From: Marsupella aquatica
Taxonomy: Eukaryota; Plantae; Marchantiophyta
DNA length: 64,000 bases
Direction: 5' to 3'
NCBI GenBank assembly: GCA_973895155.1
Contig: OZ316891.1
Coordinates: 11,468,771-11,532,770 of the forward strand
In this document: one piece after another, positions 11,801 through 25,744 of the stretch
Numbering within the stretch: position 1 is the stretch's first letter
Layout of the letters: each line of letters opens with the position of its first letter
Made by a program: the position numbers and the translations under genes
Notes under the pieces: generated by a model
Told to the model about the DNA's origin: nothing
What the model saw: the letters and a program-made list of their open reading frames with translations, nothing else
Databases searched by the model: none

Positions 11801-14800
11801 AGACTTCTCCACCTACAGCTCAATAGGGCTTTATCTCCTTTGCCTGGCTTTTTGGCCCTTTGAATGTACTCAATGTAGTATCCTGGGCATCTGGCGGCTC
11901 CTACATGCAACGACTTTAATGTTTGCCTAAAAAACAACTTTATAGTGTGATGTTTGGTGTATGCCTAATATTCGTTTCAGCCAACTTTCTCATTTCTTTT
12001 CAACCTTTTCGATTGGACCCGCTGCCACGTCACCTGTGATGGAGCGCGTGTTGGCTTGACTGCAAAAGAATAATGGATGGAAACACTTTATGATACCCTA
12101 GTGGCATACTATAGGTTACTTGCACACGTTAAGCCTTGCTTGTCGTCCACGTGGGTGAGCTCTCAAATAAAGGTTTGAAAGCTTCGATAGATGGGGTTGT
12201 TTTATAAGTTTTAACTGAGATTCTGAATCTTACTCGTAGCCACGTGGATGAGCTGAAGCTGTTGTCTCCTATCCAACGAAAAACACTTTCCAGTGAGTAG
12301 GAGTAAAGTGACTGGGGGTTGTTTTCTCCTGGCTAGGTGGAAGTGAAATGTTCTGGGATACTCTACGTGCGTTTGTACTCGTTGAGGGTATGTTAATAAA
12401 ATACTTACATTTTCCATGCAAAACAAAGCAAATTTTGGGATCCACTCGGGTGGGAGAAAGGAGGTGTGGCCCCCCTTTGTGGAAAGTCCTTGTGTGGCCC
12501 ACACTTCTCAAAGTTAAGTAACTTCGTAGACATCCTGAGGTGGTCCAACCATGCATCAGGGCCTACCTCGACCACAAGGCTTCTCGTTGTCCTGCATGTA
12601 CTTCGTAGGTGAAAAACAAAACTGTCCAACCCTGCATTTTTCTAATATAGTGCATGGTGAAACCACACAGTTGATAACTGTGCCCAAAGTGAGGTAGCAT
12701 GTGGCACATTGGACGATTCAGTAGCTCCAAGAAATGAGTTAGAGTGATATGTTTCTGAATGTTTTTGCTCGACTCTATGATTCTTCTGTGCTTTCTTTGC
12801 AGGGAAAACACCCTGAGTTTCACACAAATGTATCCGGTTTTGTGAAGAGATTGCGCTTTCCTTCCTATGCTAAATCTAGAATAGCGCCAAAATTAGTGTT
12901 CACTAAGCAAGGAGAGAGAGGGGAAGTGCTCTTGGGATGAGGCCCACCAAATAACTTTGAAGTGTTTGGGGTCACACCAAGACTTTGTTTTGCTAGGGCA
13001 TCTCAAATGTTAAAAGATGTGGGCTTTTAGTTGGGCCGAGACTTTGTAGTGTGGGACGCAGACTAAAATGTGTGGTACACCGAGTTGACAACCACAGGAT
13101 TTTGCCCGGGATTTTTTGCAAATGGCAGATCAACTCGCTACAAACCCTCTCAAAGTTCAACCCCCCCCCCCCCCTGGTTACGCATACCCAAAAACCACAT
13201 CCAAGCTATAGTTTTGGCCACAATTTTTTTGCAGTCAGTAGCCCAGACTGCAAACGAGAAATACAAAGATTGTGACACTCTAGTATGGGTGTCAATTGGA
13301 ACACGCACAACAATGACTTTTTTTAAGACTTATGAAAGCTTAACAACCTAAGTAAACACTTGGCAGATGACACCCTATACTCATGATCAATTGTGCAATG
13401 ATGCCTTTAGAGAACAAACAATGCCTCAAAGTTCAGTGACTCCAAGAGATTGAATCCATGCCTTTACATTTAGCGAAGAAGCTCTTGAGCAACATTGAAC
13501 ACAACTCTTCTGAACACAATAAAAATTTGTGGGATAGAATGGTAAACTTACTGCCACACCAACCACGGGAGGTTGACAATAGCAGCAATACAAGCTCCTG
13601 CCTGACCATGCAAATCTTGGCTCAACAGGGCATCTCAATCCTCAAGCAATACTGCATGTGAAGGTAGGTGTTCTTGTTTGCCATATGCTCAAGGATTGGG
13701 ACGCCCTAAGGGGCCAAGATGTCAGTCAAGAATAGTTACTGTCACATGTCAAGGGAAATATTATTATTATTTGTTTTTTTGGCATAGTGCATTTGGGAAG
13801 TGTGGGCCCACCAAGTAACTTTGTGTCCCTGGGTCCCACAAAGTGTTTATCCCTTTGCTGTTTGATCTTGGACTAAACTACTAAAGTACTAAACGTACTT
13901 CTTCCTTGGGTGAGACTGAGTACCGCTAGTCTCCATTAGTCTCGGGTTGTGCAATTAATAAATAATTACTAAAGGTTTGGGCTTTAAAACAATCTTACCA
14001 CTTAGGGTCATTGTGAAACTTAGAAAGAATTTTGTCATGTAAATTATTAAGATTGTTTTAAACATCCTCGTGTAAACAGAGTTTGACATTGTTTTTAAAA
14101 ATTAAAAGTAAGAAAAGGAGAATTATATTTTGGCATTGCATGGTTCACTAAACCAGAAAATAATCAATGAGACATGTGCGGAACCAAGCTGGCACTATGA
14201 TACAAAGAAACCACAGTAAATCCAGATTTATGGTCAGGGACTGGTAGTCCTTGCACCATGTGCTATGATGTCCCTAAATAATAGGACATCTCAAAACTAG
14301 ACCATAGCACTCATACCAGGATAATGTGTTCCAGTCTCAATAGTTATGGGAACTCTCATAAAAGTGGGGAGAATTCATCTTATTCGGGAGCTAGCTCAGT
14401 ACTTAACCTTCTGGTAACTCTGGCGCCATGCACAGATCTGCAAAATTGCAAATGGTGGGCCTTCACTAAGAGATCCACTTGTAAATTGTGGGGCTCACCA
14501 TCAGGTTTTCCTTTTTATATCTTCGGCAGATGGCGTGCTGAGAATGGGCAAAAGTTTGTATCGTTACAGTATGGTCGTCGTATCTATGTATAGTCAAATG
14601 TGGACTATTGATATTGGTAATTGATCTTTAAAATAAAATTTAAGCTGACTGTATCTTTTTCAAGCCACTTCACCTCGTAGCCAGTGGACAAAATTTTGAA
14701 CATAAATGAAACATTCCTCACTATATATTACTTTGTGTCCTATGCCCCACCAAGTCTATCTTTAGGATAGTTTCATGAATTCCAGGTCAGCCCAATTTTC

Positions 14801-16976
14801 ATGTGTGGATTAACCCTCACTATTTGTTGTAGGGGCTGAAGCTGTTGGTTTCAGGGTCTCACAACAAAATTTCTTTTGGTGAGCATCCTGTAGGAATTGC
14901 CGAGTTACCAGGCATTTCAATTTTCTGTCTAATAGGCTTTAGTTTAGTTTGTTACTTTCTTCGGTTTACTGTCCAGTGGGGTTTCAGCTTAGTCTCTTAC
15001 TTTGTGAGGTTTTGGTTTCGTTTTGCTGTTGCGGGACTATAGTTTTTTCTTTTTTGCTGTTGTCAGGTTTTTCTCGTCTTTCCCTGAGTCGTTGTCTAAA
15101 TTCATATTTCTTTACAAGAGATATTTGTTTGACGGGACTCCAAAATGAAAAGTGTTATTTTATAACACCTCTAGGTTCTGGGTATGTGTATTCAATGTCT
15201 ATCATGTTAATCCACGGTATTATCAAATCACTTTTTCTCATTTTGGGTCCCATCAAGGCTCAAGCTCTCTTGCATGATCCCCGTCATTACAATAGCCTAT
15301 TAATTAATCATTATACACCAGAATATAATCCCAATGAAAGGCAGGTCAAGGCATACTTCGTCCAGGCACGTCCTTCGAGAAGCACCAATAACTAAAAGGG
15401 TAAAAAGGCACCTGGGCATTCATGGTCTGTCTGGTCTGTCTAACATTGAAACTGGGGAAGAATAAACATAAACAACTTATTAACAACCCCAACAAGTCTG
15501 CTCCCTTCAAGAATCCCTGGGAAGAGCCCCTAAACCCCGGCCCTAAACGGACAGATTTTAGCTCACAGCCCATGCATTCATTTCTATAGAGATCGATTGA
15601 CGGCAACAGCCCTTCTGTCCCAAGTCTTAAGCCCATCGTCACCATTGGTCCTCTCCTTCCCATAAATGACCTACACAATATGTCTTTTGTACTTGAAAGG
15701 TTCTTCCACTTAATTGCAAACTACTGTATATGTGTGTCGTGCAAGTCGTCTTCTCTCACGCATTACAACACGTAATGGCATGAGTTCAATACCAACGTTA
15801 AAGAGCTTCCTTTCATGGGAATGATATCAGTTTTACCATTGATTTCTACCCATGTTAGATCAAAGATGGGAGTAAAGTAATGGGACAAATTGAAAACTTG
15901 AAAACTGGAGCATCATGTGTGAATACCGTAGCATAATTCGAGACAATATTTATTGTCGTTCGTCCTTTCGAAATCCTTTGAATGAGATCCTCTCAACTTG
16001 TTGACATGACTGGGCACATGGCCCAAATTTGGCAAGGCCTGAATTAATGTCGGCTTGGACTATCCTAATGGTAATTTGAGATAGTGACAAGTTATTTTAA
16101 TTTCCCTCTATAAATCACTGGACCTACATTAAATGATGTTGTGTTGTGCCTGCTCCATTAGTCGGTGCTGTCCGTAGACGGTAGTTGCAAGTTCGATGCC
16201 CGCAAAATGAAACTAAATTTTTACAAAAAAACTGTCATGGACCACTGGTAGGACACAAGAGTGGGGTGACTCAGGGGCCGGGTTCAAAGCACAGTAAATA
16301 CCTATAAAAAAAACTCTCATGGACCTGCAGTCCATGGGTTACTGGTAGGATGCAAGAGTGGGGTGACTCAAGTGCCGGGTTCAAAGCTCACTGTGAGCTT
16401 TTAAACACACATCCCCCCCCCCCCCCCCCCCCCCCAAAGCAGGATTCAGATGCCTCTACTTACACTCAGAACTTTTTTTTGATTCCAGCAGAGTTTACAC
16501 ATATAATCCCCCAAAAGCGGAGTTCAGCAGCCTCTGGTGAGTGCACTCAGAACTTTTTTTGATTCCAAGATGGGGAACCGGCTGCAGCTATTTCCTGTCA
16601 ATAATCACTAAAATCCAAAAGAGCTACAGAACACTATTAAATGGTGAGCACCCTACTAGTAGAAGTGAGTTTATTTTAACTTGCGGATAGCCAAAACATT
16701 TTGGAGGGGCATTTTGCCTCATGTGAAGATTTGTAGGTTCTAATATATGGAATTTAATTTCCTCTTTCCCAAATTATTTTACTACAGGAGTTGTAGTGTC
16801 TGGAATTCGGTTTCCCCTCCATTCCCTAAATTGTCACATCATATTTTCGGCCCATTGGTTAAGGAACGTCACTTATATATTTTTGCATCAACCTAATTAT
16901 CACTTCAATTGCTATCTGCGTTCAGCTGTGGATCACTCGAAAACAAATTAAAAAATTATGAGCACTTTCCATTTTA

Positions 16977-17469
16977 CAGCATTGTACTAAACTACCCCCC
17001 AAACTGGTAGTTATTAAGATACTGCCCCCAAAACTAAAATATTTAGTATACTGCCCCCAAACCGGATCCCGTCACTTTTAACCCGAGTACTTGACCACTG
17101 TTGCATTCCAATTGGCTGAAAAGTAACCATAGTCGATAACCTAAGGTCCATCTTACTGCAGTATCGTGTTCGATCAGTGTGTATGGAGACGGAAGTGCCG
17201 CGCTCGCGTTGGGGATTGGGGCCTGAAGTGGTTCCGACCCCATACACACTGAACATGGTTGCACCTTGGGCCCGGGTGAAGACGATACTGTGGTAAGGTT
17301 GACCTTAGGTCAATTGACTATGGCTACTTTTTGGCCAATCGAAACAGTGGTCAAATACTTGGGTTAAAAGTGACAGGATATGGTTTGGGGGGCAGTGTAC
17401 TAAATATTTTAGTTTTGGGGGCAGTATCTTAAGAACTACCGGTTTGGGGGGTAGTTTAGTAAAAATCTG
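16977..17469. mobile_element. Non-autonomous Mutator-like foldback element (MITE)
   Basis: ~200-bp imperfect terminal inverted repeats (cagcattgtactaaactacccccc... / ...ggggggtagtttagtaaaaatctg). 10-bp TSD ttccatttta at 16967-16976 and 17470-17479. Confidence 0.9.
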
Positions 17470-18364
17470 TTCCATTTTATGTCTGTTTTGTTGTCTTTGA
17501 GCTGGAACCTGATCTAGGAGGCCAGAATAACAGCGTAGGTCATTCTCCTGCTGCCTCCAAATGGCAACAGGATATCCACTCGAATGGTCATTTTGAATGT
17601 TTCCAGGTGCGCTGATACGGTCCTGCCTTTTCCAATCGGGTTGGCAACAACTCTCAGGAAAGCATAATAATGAGTGAAAAAATTGTGCCAGAGTTATCCA
17701 TTGTCCGTGGGCCCATTTGAGTGTTTCAACGTAGGGCAATAGAGCCATTTATTTCCGTTCAGGTTGGCAATAATTTTCTACGAAGTGTGACCTGGCCCGT
17801 TATAGGTCCCCTGTAATTATATTGAACGTCGGACTATCCCTAGGTGGCTTACTATGGCCCATTCTTGGCCCAAGGTTATGTCTTAATTGTAATAAGGTAG
17901 TTTCTTTCTGAGTTCCTCTGGTTTTGTGTATACATTGTGGTGCACTGACACCTTCGTTCTCACTTGAACAAAACAAATTTCAAAACAGCATGTGAGTGAT
18001 CCATTGTCCACAAGTGACTCCTATCAATCCTCATGGGCTTGTCCAAGGGCCCAGGACATGCCTCTTGAAGCTCGTGACTTTGAGACATCTATGCTATACT
18101 CTATCTCATAAGAGCGATGTGATTACCTGACTCTGTATTTGCTTATATCATAATGGACTGGACTCACTGGAATTGTCCCTAGGGAAGAGAAAACCATGTT
18201 ACCAATTCCTAAGAGCATACTCACCCATGGTAGAGAATGCCCAGCTTGAGGACTAGTGTAGTGTTCAGCTCTTGTGACTCTCATTTTCTAATCCCCACTG
18301 GCCAGCACCAAATGTAAACCCTGGCTCCTAGCCTGTCAGAAACTGTTTCTTGCACGCCAGAACT

Positions 18365-18640
18365 GGCGTGTTTGGGGGTGCACTAACATTGCGCACCCAC
18401 TCTTGTCAAACTCCTGGACGGCAGCAATAGTCCACCTGAATGGACATGACAACAAAGAAACTAGAAGATGGACCTGCAGGGAGTACTGATTTGGGTGGGG
18501 CTCGTGTTTGGGGGTGCACTAACATCACGCACCCACTCTTGCCAAACTCTTGGATGGCAGCAATAGTCCACCTGAATGGACATGACAACAAAGCAACTAG
18601 AAAATGGACCTGGAGGGGGTACTGATTTGGGTGGGGCTCC
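18365..18640. repeat. Tandem duplication, ~135-140-bp unit x2
   Basis: cgtgtttgggggtgcactaacat..gcacccactcttg.caaactc...gtactgatttgggtggggctc occurs twice. Confidence 0.9.
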
Positions 18641-20559
18641 ATTCTGGCCACACTCTGCCAACAACAAATGGGGACAACACCTTGTGATTGAGGTCAACAC
18701 CGGGTCATCATAGTGTGATCTATGGGAGTTTTCTAACAATTCTCATGTGCACCCTGCCTTCTCCAGCCCCCCAAGATTCAGCTAGGACCCCTGAATTTTT
18801 AGATGCGTTGATTCAAGGTCAATCAACGGTCCGGATCACTCAGGGGTCCTATCAAGTGAAACTTTTCATATTGGGGTCCCATCAAGCAAATACCTCTAGA
18901 ATTACTTAACATATGATCATGTCCATAAATGAGCTGCATTGTTGGGGTTACTTACGGTTTGAGATGCATTATCATTGTCCATGGTAGAGTTAGGTTACAT
19001 GGTTTGCTAAATTTTATTATTCATGGTCCATTATCAAGCAATCTTGAAACAGCTGCTATGTGAGGTTATGTAATTGAAGCCCAGATGGACCTTCATGTTT
19101 GTCAAAAGACTCCAATCATGGATTTTTTGCCATTGAGACTGATTGCAGCAAAGCCCTATTTTTCTCATGTGTTATTTGGCAGGAAAACTATACCATAATT
19201 TCTGAAATTTTGTAGGTCTTTTAATTCTCAATGAAATTTGACTATATCCTCCTCATTGGAAAGATCTTTCCAAGCAGTCTATAATAAATCAAGAAAAGTA
19301 TACTCCATTGGATATCCAGGGAGGTACTGCATGTCACACTTAGCTACTAACAAACTTTTGGAAGTGTAAAGTGTGGTCATGAGTGATGACCTATTCTTTA
19401 GAAATATGTTGTAAAAGGTGTCACAATACAGGGGGTTTGCACGGTTCACTGGCTGAAAAGAGTTGCATTGTGGGTGTTAACCATAGTTTGATAAAGTTGA
19501 TCATTGTCCATAATTGAGCAATCAGGAAATAGCTGCAACGTGCAGGTTACCCATGGTTTGATAAAATTCATTGCTGTCCATATTAATTGAATCAACTTGA
19601 AAGAGCTACATTGTGGGGATTATCCACGGTTTGATAATATTCATAGTTCATAATCTTTGAAAGGGGCTGTTTGATGGTTGGGTAAGGGAACAGGGAGAGG
19701 TCTAAAGTGCCACCGAGAGTGTAACTATTTATTATTATTATTGTTGTTGTTGTTTTGAAGGTGATGGTAAGTGTTCTTTGCATATATGACTTCTTCTGTT
19801 TTTGGTTTTTAGGTGGGGGGTGGGGGGTGGGTGGGGGGTGGGTGGGGGGGGGGGGGGCATACATTACTACAACCCTAAAATCCAATTTTTCCAAGGGTGG
19901 GTGACAATGTACCTCAAAACTTCTAATTTGCATGTTTTATTGAGTTGTGAAAATATCATGTAAAGAATTTTTGTCCGTAGAACAACAAATTTATTTTTCC
20001 AATAAGGATGGATCTAGACAGTTGAGCCACTTGGATGTAGCACAACTAGAAACTATCATGAGAGAACATAATTATATGGATGAGTTTCTATCTCTTCAAC
20101 ACGTCTTCACATTGTATGCAACAAAGCCATATGAACCCTGTTTTTCACTGAGTTACTACATAGGCAAAATGGTGTAAGTTTAATCTTATAAGCAGTAGCC
20201 AAGGTACGAGAACAAAAATAATGGCAGACAAGAACTTTAAAGCATAAAGCAGAGGTAGTTGTTTGAAGACCAGCTAGTTTAGCAGCAAACATCTTATACC
20301 TCAACGCAATCTCCTTGATTTGCATGGTAAAGTTGTGTACAGTGCTCACAGCATTAAGTGAACTCACACTAATTCTGGCGAAGCAAAATTTGGGCTACTC
20401 ATAAATTAGTGTTGCCTAAAAGAAACCTTTACATGCATTTTAAACCAAAAAATAGAAGAGTCAAAAGAAGGTGGGTGTCTCAGGTTTTGCTTAAAAATCC
20501 TTAGCTCTAGCATGCATGAGTGAGTGTGGATATTCTCTACCCCCCCCCCCCTCTTATTG

Positions 20560-23500
20560 TTAGTAACACTTAATTTCCACTCAGAGTAATTAGATGCTAC
20601 CATGGATATCCATGAAGGGTGTATATTGTTAGAAAATGACTGACTGAGAATATGGCTTCGAAATTCACACTTTGCACACGGACTGTACAGACTTCATTGT
20701 AGGCTAGTGCAATATTAATCCGGCTGGAACAATAATTGGCATAAGTAGGGGGACTCAAAATTAGGACCGTGTGTGCCGAACCTACCTGGGATGGCCGGGA
20801 AGTAAGCCCCAGCCAATATTTGAGTCCCCAAAGTGATGCAAGAAGTGATGGGCAAAGATTGAAAGTCCCAAGGTAAGGTAGAGTAAATGATCTTGGGAGT
20901 GGCTCTACTGTAGTCTAAACATATGAATTCAATGAAAAGCCCAACTGCTTCTGCATCGCTGTACCCAAATTTATAAACTCAGCCCTTCCTTTCCGGTTTC
21001 AAATAGAAGATCATTCTGTTTCCAAAATCATTCCACAGAAATGAACACTGTCTCACATTGAAATGCCAAAAACAGTCACAATAACATACATAGACTTGTT
21101 TTCCCATCGAATTGTCCTACTTCCTGCAAAAACAATACAAAGCTATAATCATAAATTTTACATTTGGTGTGTGAATCACAGGATTTATATACATTGAAGA
21201 TTGAAGAGGTTTTACAGAGCAACTGGAAAACACAGACCTAACGTATTATAATTAGGCATAAGAGCCAATTCAAGATTTTCTCATAGTGTGCAACAGTAAT
21301 TGTCACGGCATTATGCAAAAAGTTGAGGTTTTATCATTGTCCTACAATGATAAGTTCCCTTTCAAAACCTTATTGGTAAAGGTTTAAGCAATGAACAAGG
21401 ACAATAACTTCTTCCCAGCAAAATAATGTGACTTCAAAATCATGTTCATTTGACTGCTGTTAAATACGCAGGTAATAGAGTCGTTAATGGCTTCAAGTGT
21501 TCGAAAGTAAACGGGCTACCTATTTACAACCTGAAAACCAAAATATTTTAACTTTATAAGGCTTGAAATATTCTGATTGTCAGTTACATGTCAGCATATG
21601 GTTGGTCTACAAATATAATAATTGGATTTAGAAGATTTTTAGGCATTTCTTAGCAGGTCCTCCTTGCATGCAGATGACACCTTTGTGGAGGTTAAGTCAT
21701 CCTATAAAGGGCAATTCCAATGACTATTCTTGCGTCCCCCCTCTACTGTAGGTTGTCCTTTTCACTACCACCAAGACTGAAATCAAATTAAAATCGAAGG
21801 CTGTCAAAAATTCAGCAGGGCCAAAATTTAAAGCAAGATGGAAAGTTGTTCACAAGCTTGAATGAATTGGAATTAAACGCAATTAGAATAATAGTCCATA
21901 CAAAATTCAGCTGAATTGAATTGAAAGATAACCAGAAATTAGACGCAATCTAGCTATCCAAAGACATTCATTCATTTTACAAATCTCACATAAAAAATGG
22001 ACTCAATTCTGAAACAGTCCCGTCAATTGCTCAGAAAAACCCTAAACTACCCCCCCCCCCCCCCCAACCAAAAATAAAAACAAATCTGTTGTCTATACTA
22101 GCTTATGGAACCACCTATAAGGCATATATCTACCCTTAATCAAGACGTCTTGTTCTCTCTTTGAGAAATTTGGATGCCTTTTTTGACCCATTGTGTGTTA
22201 CTAAATCTGTTCTATTGCTTTACTTGGATTGGTTGAGTTTTTCTTGTATTCCCCCTTGACCCAGGATGCACAAAAGCCTTCCTTCCCACCTTTAATTTTC
22301 TCCCCAACTACCAAAAACAAATAGGAATATAAGTCATCACTTATTGAAAGGGCCATCTCAAATCTCATTTTGCTTAAATGTCCATTTTAACATTCGGCTA
22401 AAATAGTGTAAACTTGCTAAGATAGCAAACTACCCAGTATCTTTCACAAATAGCAATGATAGTTGACCATAGTGACAATCCAGCAAAATATGGAGTTGTT
22501 TGTGACAACGCATCCTCAACTGTTATAGAAGATATGAGTCTCTCTAGAAGTTTGGAAGCTAAAGTATGTACCATCAGTGTCTCTATCCCAATAACAAGAA
22601 GTGGCTGTAATCATTCCTGCTCCGTTCTTTTGCATAATTATGCATGTCACTGGAAATGAATGTGATGTATTTCCGTCGATCATACATCATACAACAGAAA
22701 ACATCTCTCAGAAATATTCCAATCCAGATGTTCGTCATGAGCCTTAATTTGTCCATTACAATCTTTTAAGTGAATAGAAGCCATGAGTTTGACTGAAAGC
22801 TTGGAATAGTTTGAATAGGGCCTCCAATGATGAGTAAGTGGAAATGGGCAAGGCTAGGTAGGATGTTTCAATCATTCACTCTACAAGTTGGTTTGCAAAC
22901 CCAACTAGGGAGAGAGCTCTAACCAATGTATTTGAATGGCTTCACTAAGCCTGCCAACCGTTTCATACACACTTCAGCAACTCCGTTTGTCCAATGTGAG
23001 ACCTGTGCCAATCTTGCAAGCCTTATAAGTTTAAATGGGTGTAATGCCTATAGTCTCTTGGACAAACACACTCTTTCCTTTAGTTTGACATCCATAACTT
23101 CCATGAGAATAGCAAACTGATACGAGTTCATAGTGAATGATGGAATCAATAAATAGACTGAGACACTTGCAAGCCAATATTTGTCAGTCCTGCAAGCACT
23201 ATGAGTTGAAGTGGGTAGTAACTTCTATCTCAAGTCTCTGTGATAAGCATACTCTTTCCTTTAGTTTGACATCCAGAACTTCCATGAGAAGGGCAACCAG
23301 ATATCAGTTCATAGTCCATGGTGGAATTGATGAATACAAGGAGACACTTGCAAGTGAATATTTTTTGATCTTCCAAGCACTACGAGTTGAAGTTGGTAGT
23401 AACTTCTATTTTTTTTTCTGTCACAAGCATAACGTTTCCTTTATCTTGGCATACACCACCTCCACTTGAGAAGGGCAAATGGAAGTCAGGTGTATTCCAT

Positions 23501-23935
23501 GCTGGAAAGTTTTCTTAGTTTGCTTGCAAGCTGCACTTTAGTTTGATAGATGTTGAAGCCACAAACATATCTTACCTTGTCATGATTGAATTGGGCGCTC
23601 AAGATGGCTTCATCAATGGAATCTTTAATGATGCCATTTATTTCATCCGCCAGGAACACCCCCTACGGATGATGACTATTGAGATTAACAACCAAATCGA
23701 GCTCAACTAGAAAGGACCCCTGATCCGTCCACAGCATACGGGAAATCACACTCTCTAAAGACTATCTGGTGTACAAACACAATGACTTAAGCAGTGAATC
23801 AAGTTTGGACATGAACATACCTCTTCCAGTTTTCCAGCCATTTTACAGTTGGTCACAAAATGGGGAAAGGTGCTCCTTGTCCTTGTTGTAGAGAAAAAGG
23901 ATTTAATTGTCCGGAGAACAAGGGGACTGTTTAAT
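20560..23935 (-). pseudogene. Decayed multi-exon coding sequence of unknown family (possibly transposon-derived) with internal ~60-aa repeats
   Basis: Minus-strand segments read as protein with scattered stops and are bounded by ag/gt sites (e.g. ...KMAGKLEE|gtatgt, ...DEAILSAQFNHDK|gtaag). A ~180-bp repeat occurs at 23071, 23252 and 23432. Confidence 0.5.
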
Positions 23936-24861
23936 TAGACATTGGGAAAAAATACACTGATAATCAATTGAAGGTAGTTTCGCCATTTTTTAGTAACACG
24001 TTGCAGATTTTCTGTTGGCATATCTCAGCTACTTCGAGTTGTAGAAGACGAAAGTGAAAAAGAAGCCCAGATGGCATTCAAGGGTGTCCAAATGCCCCAA
24101 TGCACTTTGATAGCCTAGATGGAATCTCAGTAAATGTTTAAATGTCCTTAACATTATCTATTACTGTCTGGGCTAAGCGTAATTTCTCTATACATTTATC
24201 CAATCCAGCCTCTCTGCCGTAGGGTTTAGGGTGTTTAGGGTTATAATTAAGATAACTGAAGCTAAATTACCTAAGAAAAAAATGTTTTAAGGTAAGTAAA
24301 GCTACATTACCTAACTAACAAACACAGAAGATGATAACACAATAATAAACGAAAAATTATGGCAAACTACAGTACCTGTTTGGAGAAAGTGACAAGATAG
24401 TGAATCTCACTTTTCAGGGAAGCCTATACATCTATTTAATATATTTTTTCGCTCTATTTAGGTGTGGGTTGATGAGTGAGATCTCACTTTCCAGTCTGGC
24501 TATTAGATCTTGAGATCTTAGATTAAAAGTGACAGAGAAAACAAACAAAGTTGGAACTCTTAGCTTGGGCTTTGGTGGGCCCATTATAAATGTTTCTACT
24601 TGGCTCATCATAGTTAAATCTCAGTTGGCGACAACAATAGCTCAAAAGTATTTACTTATAAAATGTACTTAAATTGATGGATTTCTGACTTAATGACTGC
24701 CATAAAATCTTCCAAGGGCTGGCTAATGGAGTTGCAATTGAAGGCAGATTCTGGAGTATTTGCTTCATTTCTGTCAGGCTTTCCTTACTATTTTTACCAA
24801 GATTATGGAGGAGGTATGTATGGGCTGAGTTTCAGACCATGGCTGCTACTTACAGTGAACC

Positions 24862-25744
24862 ATGGCTTCTTTACCAATGGTAGGGGAAGCCACTGGAAGG
24901 TTAGTGACGGGATTTGCGCACGGTGTAAATCCTGCTTTGAACACACTGAGCATATATTTTTCTCTTGCAGCAAGGTGAAGGCCAGATGGGGGCAGGTCCA
25001 ACAGATCCTCAGGGGTTTCCCGGCTCTCACGTCGTCGGGCAGCACCCTATTTGAGATTATCAACAATGCCATTCACTTTCAAAAAAGGAGACCTGGTCCC
25101 TTGCTCATTGTGATGGAACTCTGCAATAGCATTTGGAACGAGCAGAATGCAGCAACTTACTCACAATTCCTGGGCCAACTCCCAGGATGGGTGATCCTCC
25201 GCTACACCAAGAGGCACCTTCACTCCATGAAATCCATTTGTTGTTCCCCCAAGAAAGCCAAACAGATTGACATTGCTCTTAATCAACTGCAAATTGTGCT
25301 CCATCCTTGGGAACAAATTGAAAACCCTATTCCCCTCAATGACAATGTTGATGGTGAAAGAGCAGATTAAGACTGAGGATATCAGGGACACTGCCCTTAC
25401 CTACCAGTGGACTATTGGTTCCCCTCAGATTTCTGACTCAAGTTTAAACCGGAACAGGCAAATGACTGTTAGGAACACTGCTCTGAATTACCCCGAGCAG
25501 TCACAGGATCAAAATAGAAAGACCAATCGACTAAAGGCCAAGTGGCTAGTAAGGGCAAAAGTAGTGATGATAGAGATCAGGGGCCTATGAAGCTCTGCAC
25601 CAATTGGTGGACCTGCGGTGATAGGTGGCCTGATTAGGTTGTTTTTGGTTGGTGTTTGCCATTGACCGCGGCTGGCCCGCCGGGTGGCTTTTGTCCCCGG
25701 GGGCTGGGGGTTTCCCCCCCTTTTTTTCTTCCCGCAAAAAAAAA
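24862..25744 (+). mobile_element. 5'-truncated LINE (L1-clade-like) insertion: ORF2 C-terminal zf-RVT region, 3' UTR and poly-A
   Basis: HGFFTNGRGSHWKVSDGICARCKSCFEHTEHIFFSC is a CCHC zf-RVT motif, with stop at 25370. A-tail at 25736-25744. 12-bp TSD ttacagtgaacc at 24850-24861 and 25745-25756. Confidence 0.92.

Noticed and set aside
12200-13700. Several 60-97 aa ORFs with protein-like stretches
   Set aside because: No recognisable domain or consistent exon structure. Probably decayed TE, but not supportable.
24219-24242. Telomere-like TTTAGGG repeats
   Set aside because: Only 2-3 imperfect units, at most a telo-box.
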